Assembly (NCBI GenBank): GCA_043228905.1
Contig: JBHGNT010000001.1
Span: 3,286,001 to 3,350,000, forward strand
Reading direction: 5' to 3'
DNA from: Azolla caroliniana
Taxonomy: Eukaryota; Plantae; Polypodiophyta
Length of the DNA: 64,000 nt
Made by a program: the position numbers and the translations under genes. How positions within the stretch are numbered: the first letter of the stretch is position 1; each line of letters starts with the position of its first letter. The notes under the pieces are model-generated. The model was not told where the DNA came from. It did no database searches and saw nothing but the letters and a program-made list of their open reading frames with translations. This document shows, in pieces, positions 48,199 through 59,566 of this stretch.

Positions 48199-51100
48199 AT
48201 GACAAGCGGGAGATGGTATCATGCTGCTCTTGCTTCACTACAGGGGTTCCCATCGTCAGTGCAACACTTGCCACATCTACATTTGTCACATCGTTTGCGA
48301 AGGTGCGAAACTGAGAAAAATCCTGCAATCATCCTTCGTTTGCACTTGACATTGTGTGAAACCGGCCTCGATGCCCACATATTGATTAGGACCTACCTTG
48401 TTTCTCTCTTGTTATCTGTTGGGAAACTTCAGTATGCTCTTCGGCTTTTCAACTCCTTCATTCATCGAATAGAACCCACTTGGGATATTGTCATCACAGG
48501 CTGCATAAATGTAGGTAAGTTTCAATTTGCGCTCACCTTATACAAAAAAATGCAAGAAGATATTCTATGTCCTAGTGTGCGTACTTACATGGCCTTGTTG
48601 AAGGCTTGCTCTCAGTTACATGATGTGGAGATGGGCTCTCAAATACATTCAGAGATGGCTAAACAGAGTTTTATACATAGAGACCCTTTCATTGGTAGCG
48701 CACTGGTTGATATGTATGCAAAATGTGGTTTGCTTGTCAAAGCAAGAGAAATACTTAACAATCTTCCAGTTCAAGATGTTGTCTCTTGGACAGCATTAAT
48801 AAGCGGTTACGTAAAACATGGGTATGGAGAGGAAGCACTAGATTGTTTTGAACAAATGCAACATGAAGAAGTAATACCAAACACGGTTACATATATTTGC
48901 ATCTTTAAGGCATGTAGTATTGTTGGGGCCATAGATAAGGGAGACAAAATACATGCTGAGATTTCCAAGAAGGGTTTAGGGGGAGACATCCGACTTGCAA
49001 GTACATTGGTGGATATGTATGCTAAATCAGGTTGGTTTTCAAAGGCTCAGGAGATCATTGACAAGCTTCATGTCCCAGATGTTGTGCCTTGGACATGCAT
49101 GATTGCAGGATACTGTAGATATGGACATGGGGAAGAAGCATTAAATTGTTTTAAACACATGCAACTTCAGGGCGCCATACCTGATGCTAACACATATGTT
49201 TGTTCCTTAAAAGCTTGTGGCTGCATTAGATCAACACATAAAGGCAAAGAGATGCATGCCTTGATTGTGAGTAATGGTTTAGGAAAAGAAGATTATATTG
49301 GTAATGCACTGATAAATATGTATATGAATTGTGGTTTGGTTCATGAAGCCCAAGGAGTATTCAACAAGCTTTCTATACGAAATGTTGTGTCATGGACTTC
49401 CTTAATTCAAGGATACACGGAACATGAATACGATGAAGATGCATTAAACTGTTTTAAACAAATGCAACATGATAATATATCACCAGATATTGTTACCTTC
49501 CTTTGCACATTGAAAGCTTGTGGCAACATTGGAGCCTCAGGAACCGGTCAACAAATACATGCTGAGATTGCAAGGAGGGGTTTTCTAAGAAGTGATAATA
49601 TTATTGGAAATGCTTTAATAGAAATGTATTCCAGCTGCGGTTTGCTTGAAAAAGCACACGAGGTGTTTGAGAAGCTGTCAGTTCAAGATATAATCTCATG
49701 GACTGTTTTGATTTCAGGATATATAGAACACGGACAAAGCAGAAAAGCATTAAGTCTCTATGAAACTATCAAACTCAATGATATCTCTCCAGACGAAGTC
49801 ACCTATTGTTGTGCTTTGAAAGCATGTGGCAACCTAGGAATCATTGAAAAGGGTGAGGAAATACATTCTGATATTAAAAGAAAGGGGTTGTTAGAAGATG
49901 TTGATGTAGGTGGCTCATTGGTGGAAATGTATGCTAAATGTGGTTCATTTGACAAAGCCTTCCAAGTAATTAACCAGATGTGTATTCAGGATTCCGTTTT
50001 ATGGAATGCATTGATTTCTGGTTTTGTCAAAAATGAGTACAATGAGGAAGCACTCTGTTGCTTCTTAAATATGAAATCCTATCATGTCTCTCCTGATGTC
50101 CCCACATATGTTTTCCTATTGAGAGCCTGTGGTTGCCTAGAAATGGCTGGGAGTGGTCAAGAAATACATGCTGAGGTCATCAGAAAAGGATGGCTGAGTA
50201 TAAATTCAATAGAAAGTGCATTGGTTGATATGTATGCTAAATGTGGCTTCTTTGCAGAAGCAGAAGAGGTTTTTGGAAAAATGCATTCAAAAGATTTGGA
50301 CTCACTGAATGCTTTGATTCGTGGATATGCAAAACATGGACTTTGCCAGGAAGCACTGCACTGTTTTCAAGAAATGCAACTGATGCAGCTATCTCCAAAT
50401 GCAAGTACGCTTGCTTGTATGCTGAAAGCTTGCATCAGCACAGGTTCCATAGAAGCGGGCCAAGTTCTGCATAGTGATATAGCTAGAAGAGGACTTGAAA
50501 GAGTGATGGTTATAGGAAACGCACTTATTGATATGTATGCAAATTTTGCTTTATTTTCAAAAGCACTCGAGGTACTCGATACATTACTTGTTCACGATGT
50601 GGTCTCTTGGACTGCACTTATTGCGGGTTTTGTCAATCATGGACTGGGCGAGGAAGCATTAACGTGCTTTGAGCAAATGCAATATGAGAACATCTCTCCA
50701 GATGCCGTTACATTTGTGTGCAGTTTGAGTGCTTGTAGCATCGTTGGAACTATAGACAAAGGATTTGCAATACATTCTATGATTTCCAGTCAAAAGCAAC
50801 TCCAAAGAGATCCCATCATTGGCAATGTGTTGGTTGACATGTATTCCAATTGTGGCTTGCTTATAAGAGCACAAGAAATATTTGACAAGCTTGTAATTCA
50901 TGATATTATCTCATGGACATCACTTATTACAGGCTATGCACATGTAGGTGATATAGAAAAAGTTTTCTATAACTTCGAAAGAATGATAAGGGAAGGTACA
51001 CGACCCAATTTAGTTACGTGTATTGCTATTGTGAATGCATGTAGCCATGCAGGTCTAGTTGATATAGGTCTAATGTTCTTTGAGCTTATGAACAAAGGTT

Positions 51101-51366
51101 ATTCTGCAACGCCACATCCTGAGGTATACAACTGCATTGTTGATCTCCTTGGTCGTGCAGGACAGCTAAATAACGTCATAGCGATGATTGAGAGAATGCC
51201 TTTCCATCCCGACATTGTGGCTTGGCACACACTGATGGGTGCCTGTAAAAAATGGAGTGATGTGGAACTTGGAAGACAAGCCTTTGAACATATCAAGCAT
51301 TTTGGTGTGCCGGATGCAGCTGCATATGTTTGTATATCTAACATCTACATAGAAGCTGAGATTTAG
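48199..51366 (+). CDS. PLS-class pentatricopeptide repeat protein, intronless, ending inside the E domain, no DYW domain
   Basis: About 1055-aa ORF with repeated P-L-S triplets (DVVSWTALI.GY / PD.VT..C.LKAC / IGNAL.DMY.KCG), then YNCIVDLLGRAG...MPFHPDIVAWHTLMGAC...AAAYVCISNIY, and a stop five codons later. The first ATG is at 48199; the track opens the ORF at a TTG at 48196. Confidence 0.95.
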   Translation: MTSGRWYHAALASLQGFPSSVQHLPHLHLSHRLRRCETEKNPAIILRLHLTLCETGLDAHILIRTYLVSLLLSVGKLQYALRLFNSFIHRIEPTWDIVITGCINVGKFQFALTLYKKMQEDILCPSVRTYMALLKACSQLHDVEMGSQIHSEMAKQSFIHRDPFIGSALVDMYAKCGLLVKAREILNNLPVQDVVSWTALISGYVKHGYGEEALDCFEQMQHEEVIPNTVTYICIFKACSIVGAIDKGDKIHAEISKKGLGGDIRLASTLVDMYAKSGWFSKAQEIIDKLHVPDVVPWTCMIAGYCRYGHGEEALNCFKHMQLQGAIPDANTYVCSLKACGCIRSTHKGKEMHALIVSNGLGKEDYIGNALINMYMNCGLVHEAQGVFNKLSIRNVVSWTSLIQGYTEHEYDEDALNCFKQMQHDNISPDIVTFLCTLKACGNIGASGTGQQIHAEIARRGFLRSDNIIGNALIEMYSSCGLLEKAHEVFEKLSVQDIISWTVLISGYIEHGQSRKALSLYETIKLNDISPDEVTYCCALKACGNLGIIEKGEEIHSDIKRKGLLEDVDVGGSLVEMYAKCGSFDKAFQVINQMCIQDSVLWNALISGFVKNEYNEEALCCFLNMKSYHVSPDVPTYVFLLRACGCLEMAGSGQEIHAEVIRKGWLSINSIESALVDMYAKCGFFAEAEEVFGKMHSKDLDSLNALIRGYAKHGLCQEALHCFQEMQLMQLSPNASTLACMLKACISTGSIEAGQVLHSDIARRGLERVMVIGNALIDMYANFALFSKALEVLDTLLVHDVVSWTALIAGFVNHGLGEEALTCFEQMQYENISPDAVTFVCSLSACSIVGTIDKGFAIHSMISSQKQLQRDPIIGNVLVDMYSNCGLLIRAQEIFDKLVIHDIISWTSLITGYAHVGDIEKVFYNFERMIREGTRPNLVTCIAIVNACSHAGLVDIGLMFFELMNKGYSATPHPEVYNCIVDLLGRAGQLNNVIAMIERMPFHPDIVAWHTLMGACKKWSDVELGRQAFEHIKHFGVPDAAAYVCISNIYIEAEI

Positions 51367-52606
51367 CATGTGTAGAACTTTATTGCTTCTCGTGCTTGGG
51401 AATCCCTTGAAGTTATCCGGAACTGTTAATCTCTTAAGTCTTCCCATTAGAGAACCAATATGTCTATAAGAGGAATGTTCTGGCGACGATGGACACCCTG
51501 TTAAATTACATTTGTTGGCCTTGAAAGAAAAACCTATGAACCAATAAAGCTAGAATGGGCTTAACAATAGCAGGTATGCCATCTTCAGAATCAAATATCT
51601 CAATGCAGGGCTCATCAAGGATGATAAGAGGGTATTTGTTCTCCAACACCGAGTCTTACAAGCAACGCCATTCCACCTGAAAAGAAAACGAGATGCTATT
51701 GGAAACCCCAAAACTATTGAACCGATTCAATCAGGAGTGCATAGCATAGCATCTTGCATTTTCAGAACCAATCAGTACCAGGACCTGCTTATGTGGTAGT
51801 TATGACTGCCCAGACAAGATATACAGCAACCACAAACCCTTCAAAAACCAATTTTGGACCTAGGTTGAACACAGGTTGTAGGTAAAATGAAGCCCTTGCC
51901 AAAGTCATGTACTTAGAAACCAATTTATTATTATGCGAGATACACAAGCACAAGCAAAACACTAACCCAAAATATAAGCGTCCATAAATATATGGGGGCC
52001 CTAAATAAACGCTTTGGACGTAACTCTAATGCAATCGTTGGAGGCTGCCAACCTAGTTTGAAAATGTATCTACCATTAATAGAAGGTATGCTGATATTGA
52101 GTAATGGGCAACACAAATGTAGTTGTTGCATATTCAGGCAAGTAGAACATAATTATGAATTCCTTGTGTCTTGATACAACTAAAACAATTTCTTGGACAT
52201 TCCAGAAATTTTAAGATTCCATAGAGCATATATTCATTATCTTTTTCAATACATCATTGAATGGGAAGTGCATGTCCACCACATGACAACTTGATTTAAT
52301 CCTCAAAGAATGAATGCCTACTATGGATGAATCAAATTCAGCCAAGTTCAACTGCAGTAGGTTCATGCCATCCTAGATTGGATATTTGTCGTAGTACTTG
52401 GTGGGAGAAAATGAGTTCATAACTTCAAGGTTATATAAGTTAGCCATACCTTTTGCTTTACAAGATACTTGTTCCTTTCCAAGTCTGTAATCAAGAGAAT
52501 CTTTTGGGCTCATTGAGATACAGAACATTACGTAGTCATTAAATTGGTGTCTTTTGACAATCCAGGTAAAAGAAGGAAACATAAGACCTTAAATTTATGA
52601 TCCAGC

Positions 52607-52779
52607 GGATAAGCATACTTTTAAACTTCTAATCTCAGTAAAAGTATGATTCACTCTAGCTTTTGGAAGTGATATTGAATAAAAGAGTGACGACTGGATA
52701 AGCATACTTTTACACTTCTAATCTCAGCAAAAGTATGATTCACTCTAGCTTTTGGAATTGATATTGAATAAAAGAGTGA
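52607..52779. repeat. Tandem duplication, 89-bp period, ~2 copies, near-identical
   Basis: ggataagcatactttta.acttctaatctcag.aaaagtatgattcactctagcttttggaa.tgatattgaataaaagagtga at 52607 and 52696. Confidence 0.92.
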
Positions 52780-53458
52780 TGAATAGAACGTGCATTCATC
52801 AAGAACAAGATTATATTAGAAAGTGAATTATACATATTGTTCATGGGATTCAGAAAGCACCATGCCTACATTTGCTTTTCTTATATCAATAAATCGAAAC
52901 ACTGAATGCACCTTGTAGTTGTCATTAAAGTCTTTTATTCAGATGATGATGGTAACCCCCCCATCACCAATTCAACAAAAATGACACTTAATTTAGAAGC
53001 ATGACCATAGAGTTTTCCCATCATCAATTGAAAACAAAATCATTTTCAATATGGAGTTATCTAAATCCAATTTGTCTATCATTGTTATTCATAGCTATTG
53101 ATTTGGCATATTTTGTTAAAAGAATAATATGAAAAGACTGATATACAACAATATACTATTATTAGAAAGCTTGCATTATGTAGCATCTGTATGTATATAT
53201 ATACTATGATCTATCCTTCATGTGGAGAACGTAGGAGACATGATCGGAGTGTTGCAAGGGTCGTCCATTGACTTTCGTGCGTTGCCAGCTATTCTTAATG
53301 TTGTGGAGGGGAAATCCACATTTCACCGGAAGTAACAACACAATCCTAGTGAAAAACCTCAAAAAACAAAAATTCCAATGCCGACCAATAAACGTGTGCC
53401 TATAGAGTTCATGTGATAAAAATTAATGATACTTATCTGGCCAAGTGTATGTATATGT

Positions 53459-53587
53459 ACGTGTAAAGATGTTTGAGCGCGTGTGTGCGTGTGCGTGTGC
53501 GCGTGCGCGGACAGAGCAATGCTTGGTTGAATATTTGAAATAAGAAATCGTGCAAGGATGGATGGATGGAATGGAGCCTGTATAAAA
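53459..53587 (+). promoter_or_regulatory. Putative ASR promoter: ABRE-like ACGTGT (53459-53464), GC/GT alternating tract, TATAAAA (53581-53587)
   Basis: The motifs lie 80-210 bp upstream of the ASR ATG, and ASR genes are typically ABA/drought responsive. The motifs are short, so function is inferred. Confidence 0.5.
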
Positions 53588-53668
53588 GAAGGAGAGAATG
53601 GGGAATGGATCCAGACTCCAGAGTAAGCAAGACCAGAGACAGACAGAGAAAGACAAGAGAGATCATCA

Positions 53669-54956
53669 ATGGCAGAGCAACATGAACACCAATCGAGAGG
53701 TCTGTTCCACCACAAGAAGGAAGGTGATGGAGAGGAGGCGAAACCTTCTGACCCTAAAGCTGAGGCAAAGAAGCACGCCCACCACCAACACCTCGCCCAA
53801 GCCGGGGCCATCCTTAGCGGTGGAGTAGCATTGGTATGAACTAAGCTTCCCATCATCTCTTTTACATTGTAGCTAGCATCAAAGGTCATTAAGATAAAAT
53901 GCGAAACCCCCCCCCCCCCCTCAATTCCCATCGTTTCCCAATGGACGCCGGTCGTCCGCAAGCTCTTTAACGGAACCAAGTATGTAATGTCGAAAAGATT
54001 ACTAAATTGCACTACTGACCAATCCATCAGAAGTCGGAAAGTCTCTCTATAATCCCTCACATTTGTGGTTTCTATTACGTCTTTGTACTTTATTTACCCT
54101 TATTACTACCAACTTCCAGTAATATTTATATCTTCATTATATTTGCTTTTCTCCCAAATACTTTATGTAATGAATGTTGCAATTATATAAACACCTTGGC
54201 CTCCCTCATCACGCTGCCACTTTTAGATTTACCTTCTGATCAACATCTAATAACGAAAGAGAGAAATGTGTACATACCTCTACATGCATCCCTACTTACA
54301 TATGAGCAACGTAATGCATTGATGTTTACATGTTGTGTATGTTAAGCATGTCTCTCTTGAACATTGTTAATTTAACAGCAGCATGCCATCACGAGATCAT
54401 TAAACATCACCAATCAATGCATATTGCTTTCATCATATGTTTCCCAATGTGACAGTTTACAAACATCTTGGGAGTAGCTATCAATTTGTGTGTGCGTTAT
54501 AATTGCACTTGATCATTAGCATACACGTGTCATATCTATCATTCATTCTACACAGGAAGGGGTATAAAACAAGCAATGCATTTCTTCATTTTCCTGCAAT
54601 TAAAGGGTTTAAGTTCATAACATCGAATTATAACATTTTCCCTTACCAAGGAACAAACATTTGCTAATATCATCCATAGAACACAAAGCCTTATTTTTCA
54701 CTTACTTTTTGCTTGTAAAATTACTTCAGCTCAATTCTATTTGTTTCATTTCATTAATAGATTAATGCATTACCCTGACATCAATTTGTTTTATCAGTAT
54801 GAGAAGCATCAAGCAAAGAAGGACCCTGAGAATGAAAAGAAACACCATATTGCTCAGACAGTTGCTGGTGCCATAGCCATAGGGGCTGGTGCAGCTGCTG
54901 TTCACGAGCATCATAATAAGAAACAAGCAGAAAAAGAGGCTAAGAATCACCATTAA
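53669..54956 (+). CDS. ASR: ASR (abscisic acid/stress/ripening; ABA_WDS family) protein, 2 exons (53669-53833, 54798-54956), 107 aa
   Basis: MAEQHEHQSRGLFHHKKEG...KKHAHHQHLAQAGAILSGGVAL|YEKHQAKKDPENEKKHHIAQTVAGAIAIGAGAAAVHEHHNKKQAEKE. Phase-0 GT-AG intron; ABA_WDS-type motifs YEKH..KKDPE and HEHH.KK. Confidence 0.92.
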
Positions 54957-55537
54957 GCCCATATACCAGCCAAAATTTTACAAGAATACATCAAATTACG
55001 TAAGAATGTAATAAAACTGATTTGATTGTAACTTAAGGGGCATTTGTTTGTTTGTCTTACTGACTTGCAAGTCTTAATACACTCTTTTAATTTTGTTGTG
55101 CATACAAGTCCATACATACATACATACATATATATATATACCTAATGGTTGGATGATGACCCAATATGGATATTCCACCAATTCATTTTCTTTGCTCTAG
55201 GCCATCAAAGAGCCTGCCAAAAACTAGTCCAACTCAAATGCACACAAATATCTATCTAGTGTTCTTACACTTCCTCGATTTACCTTGCCCTATGCACCAA
55301 ATTTATATTCTAATACGTCTTTCCTTTTTCTCAAGTTCTAGTTCTAAGTACATAGGTGAAAATGCCAAAATTCTGCCAATGATGACCAAAAAACTATATA
55401 CAAGTGTCAATGGGCAGTAAATGATACTCAGCTAAAGAACAGATCTTCAGCAGAAAAGTATATACAAGTGGACCTGCTAGTCAAGCTTTTAATCGATAGA
55501 TTCGGTGACATTTTCAAGCTATGGGTTGTGAACATAA

Positions 55538-57558
55538 TCATGCTAAGGGCACAAGTCTTTTCATCAACTGATCATAGGTTGTGAACATAATCATGCTAGA
55601 TGGAGCAATCCAAAACACCCTCGATGAGATACCCCCCAAGAAACCCTTGAAACCTTCCTTGCGCATAATTGACAGTGCTGCATCAATTGCACCAGTATAT
55701 TGTGTGCTGTTAGATGCATTGCTCTTACCTTGCACTTGCAATCTTGTCTTGATAACATCCTGCAATTTATTTTCCGTCAGTTCAAACTCAGAAAATTTAT
55801 TTCAAACTCTGAGATTTGATTATGCATTTTTTAAACGTATACAACCAATTATTATCACAGGTCTTAACCACTTCAAACTCGAAATGAACTTCAACCTCTA
55901 CAACTTGATCATGCATTAATTAAGAACAACGTAGGGAACTATTACCATAGGGTTGGTGAGTGCAGCTGCACAAGAAGCGCTGAAGAATGAGCTTAAAAGC
56001 TCCCAATGCACTTCTAATTCATGTACCGATTTGACCCCTGAATAATGGGCTGCACCTCTCTTGGTTGCCTCCCATAGTGGGAGATATATTGCATTATATG
56101 GGCCCCACACAAGTTGGGCCAGTCCAAAGCCCCTGTATAAAGCTCTTATCCCTTCCACTTGATAGATCCTAGTGGCTGCATGAAGCGAACCCTATACAAT
56201 CCCATGTACCAAATAAATTTCAAACTGTTAACAGATACATGCCGGAAGCAATCTATTACTTTAGAATGAAGTATCGGACCAACTGACTACCTTATAGCTA
56301 TCTGCTCCACTCCTTTGGACCATTTGCCTCTGCCTTATCACTTCTACTGGGACAGTCACAGATGACTGTACTAATGTGGCTATGATACCTCCACAAAAGT
56401 GGACAATTGGGCTGTTCTCTCCACCTAATCTCAATTAAAATAGTTACCAAAATCAGTCATTCTGTTCGCATCAACGAAGTTCATGCACACTTAAACAGAC
56501 CAAAGAACCCCTTGCACCTGGCAGAACACGTTTTGAGGTTTGATAAGATGCCATGTACAAAGCTTGAGCTGGTGCTATTTGAGAAATGGTTGCATAACCT
56601 TTGTAAAGAGTGCGCCATCCTTCATGATTGGAGATGGTCCAGATAGCATGAAGAGGCCCTCTATATACATATAAAGCACTGGTTCCACCACTCGATCCCA
56701 GTGATGCACCTTGAACCTGCGAAAAAGCAAGGGAATTTGTGTTTCTCTTGGTATCTCTTATGCTTTTCTCCCACGGTTAATTACATTCAAGGAATTCCTC
56801 TTACTTTTGTTAAAAAACACTGAACTGTGATGCATATGTAGCAAAGGGTTTGTCTACCTGCCGTTTTAATCTTCTTTTTATGTGTGTGACAGAAATATAA
56901 AAGCAAATAATCAGCAACATACCCCTCACTGAATCATCATCACTTTACTACATGTTGGGGTTGCCTGTTCTTTTCATCAGAGCTAAATCCTCTACCAGTG
57001 ATGGATATGAAGCATGTCTTAAACTCTCTTCACTATTATCTTCATGACATAATCAGGATAATTACATTAAGAATTATCGGAATTAAACGAACCAATAGTA
57101 GTGGATATGTTAGCCAAGGATACTGTGAGAAATATCACAGCATTGTCATGTTTTTTCTTGTTAATTTTGCAGACACAAGAAACAATCCTCTCTTTATTAT
57201 TCGTATTCCTTTTTCTGATTCTGTTGTTTTCGTTCCTTTTCTATCTCGTTATTCTTTCCCCTGTTCTATCATTTACTAAGCCTATTAGCAAACAAATACT
57301 ATTAGCGGCAGAAACGAGAACTAAAGACCTGCGAGTTTCTTCTTTCTTTTCTCTTAAGGCTTTGCTAATAATGCTGGTGCAGATGTTAAGCAATGAAGAA
57401 TTACGGGAAAAACGCCATACCTGAATGCGAGATTTAACCGTCATCATGGGATACATAACTGCATCAGCAAGCATACCAGAGACACCTCCGGAGATCACCT
57501 GCTTACTAAGCAAGCTACCAGAAGGCCTCTTCTGAGACAAATCGGCGTTAGTCGACAT
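55538..57558 (-). CDS. Mitochondrial carrier family (SLC25) protein, 5 exons (approx. 57558-57421, 56716-56518, 56424-56291, 56191-55946, 55759-55538)
   Basis: Three carrier repeats with PX[D/E]XX[K/R]XR-type signatures: YPMMTVKSRIQ, VPVEVIRQRQM and NPMDVIKTRLQ. Also has the EG.R.LY.G and EGFKGFLGG motifs. All introns are GT-AG. Substrate cannot be assigned. Confidence 0.9.
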
Positions 57559-57820
57559 TAATTGCAGCCCGATTGAAACGAGGAAGAAGGAGAAAAATGT
57601 AGTATTTTGCTCTCTGTGTGTTGAAGGGGTTTTTACAGACTGGTTTTCTTCTGTTTTTTTCCCCTTCAGAAGACCACGTTGGTTTTAAGGGTTTACAGAG
57701 GAATGCGGTGTCACCCTACCTTTCCCTTTAATTACAAAAATGGACCTCTCTTCTCTTCTCTTCTCTTCTCTTCTCTTCTCTTTCTCCCAAGGGTCCCAAG
57801 GGCTGGGAGTTCAAGACGAC

Positions 57821-57873
57821 GTCTCATGGGCCAATTTTGGTCTTAGAAGACGTTAATATATATCTTTCTTTCC
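57821..57873 (+). mobile_element. Minimal LINE-derived insertion (3' hairpin plus TTTC tail) in the carrier/GK intergenic region
   Basis: gtctcatgggccaattttggtcttagaagacgttaatatatatctttctttcc; nearly identical to 46176-46235. Confidence 0.75.
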
Positions 57874-58919
57874 ATGTATATGATCTTCTCCGGAAACATC
57901 TACGGGAACTCTCCCCCATCCATCTCTGATTCTGTTCGAAATGAAAATGACTTTGTTCATAGAGAGCATGGTCGAACCAACGTGTTCAGGCACTTACCCC
58001 CCGAGCCGAATGCGTGCCCAATACTTTTTAAAGTTCAAGGGTCACCCACCAAGTAGCCTTGACTTTAATCGTGCGTGCTTTCGAGTGGGACTATGACAAC
58101 CAAATAATATATTCCAAATTCAAAAGAAGTGTCAACGTAAACCTCCAACACAAGGCCCACGTAAACCCACAACATGCCTTGATAGTCAAAACATTGAATT
58201 TATTCCCAAAACATATTGTACTACGCCCAGAAGTGGAATATGTTGAGAAATTGTATTATGTAAATCCGTTTTTTTAAAGCTAATAATATCTCCTTATGCC
58301 TTTTTAAGATGACATCGAAACAACTTTTATTAAAAGTAGTAGTTCCAATTAAGTTTGGTGATGGATGGTCCACCACTACTAGATCATGATGTTTTGTACA
58401 TTTCTTTCCCAATTAGAGTATGTATGCTCTTTTTAAGTGGACATATCGAGAAGGTCTACTGGTTTATTTATTATGGCTTGGTAAATAATACATAATACAT
58501 ATCGCATGTTGAGAAAGGTGTGAAAAATATCACGTTATGTGCAGGGTCATAAGTTCATAATGTTCTAAAAAAAAAGAAGGAATGACCGGTACGATGACCC
58601 GAGGGCATTTTTGCAATATTTAGGAAACTACAGAGGAAGGAGGAGGAGGATTATCATTGATAATGATGATGATATGATATGTGTGTGTATGTGTGTACGT
58701 GTACGTGTGTGGGTATACGTATTTCTTTATTTCCCCTGCCATCACAACACTCACGCTCAGCGAGCATGGCAAAGCAAAGGATCATTCATTGCTTCATTGT
58801 GTGGGAAGCCATGGAAAATCCTTCTCTGTCTGTAGAATCAAACCGAAGCTTTTTGCCCTACAGTATCAACCATGAGAGCTTCTCAGATCACATATTCTTT
58901 TCGCAAAACACCGTCACAG

Positions 58920-58953
<34 letters not shown>

Positions 58954-59566
58954 GTTGACTTCAGCTCTGTATAGTTCTGCAGCTACTTTGCTTCTGAGTC
59001 TGACCGTGATTCTCCATCTCCACGTTTACGCATGCATATTTGTTCGGTTATATGATTAGTATTATTTATTATTTATGTATGTATGTATGTACCATGCCAT
59101 GCAATGAAATTTATTATTCGTTTTCTATCCTTTTCGATTGACCGATTCTTTCAAAACTGAGTAAGCATTACACAACTGACCATAAAAATGCGGCTAGATC
59201 GACCATGCTCCATCTTATGTTGAAGGAGCTCTATGCTCTGCAGCATATGTCCTTACATTAATGAATATGAATCATCTAAATCTCTCAGATAGATGTTCTT
59301 TAAAATAAAATATCTGTCCCGTTTTTGGCATGCAATGTATACGTCCTAGTATGAATCAGAGATGGTTGGATGCATGGGGATAATAAATACTTCCAAATAT
59401 TCGATTCAGTTGGTTTTCTTGCTTATAAGGCCTTGAATTTTCTTCTTGTTTGAAGTTCTCCAACAAACCATTCATCTAACCTGAAGGCTGAAAAGCGACA
59501 ATTTTCATTCTTCTCATGCTAAGAGTACTGTGACAAACTACTTTGAAGAAAAAAAACACAAAGGAT

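Noticed and set aside
52607-52779. CRISPR-like array or H/ACA snoRNA
   Set aside because: Only two units with no unique spacers, no cas genes and a eukaryotic context. The hinge is 2 nt, with no ANANNA box or terminal ACA.
53359-54060. 233-aa minus-strand ORF
   Set aside because: It is antisense to ASR exon 1 and runs through microsatellite and poly-C tracts, with no recognisable domain.
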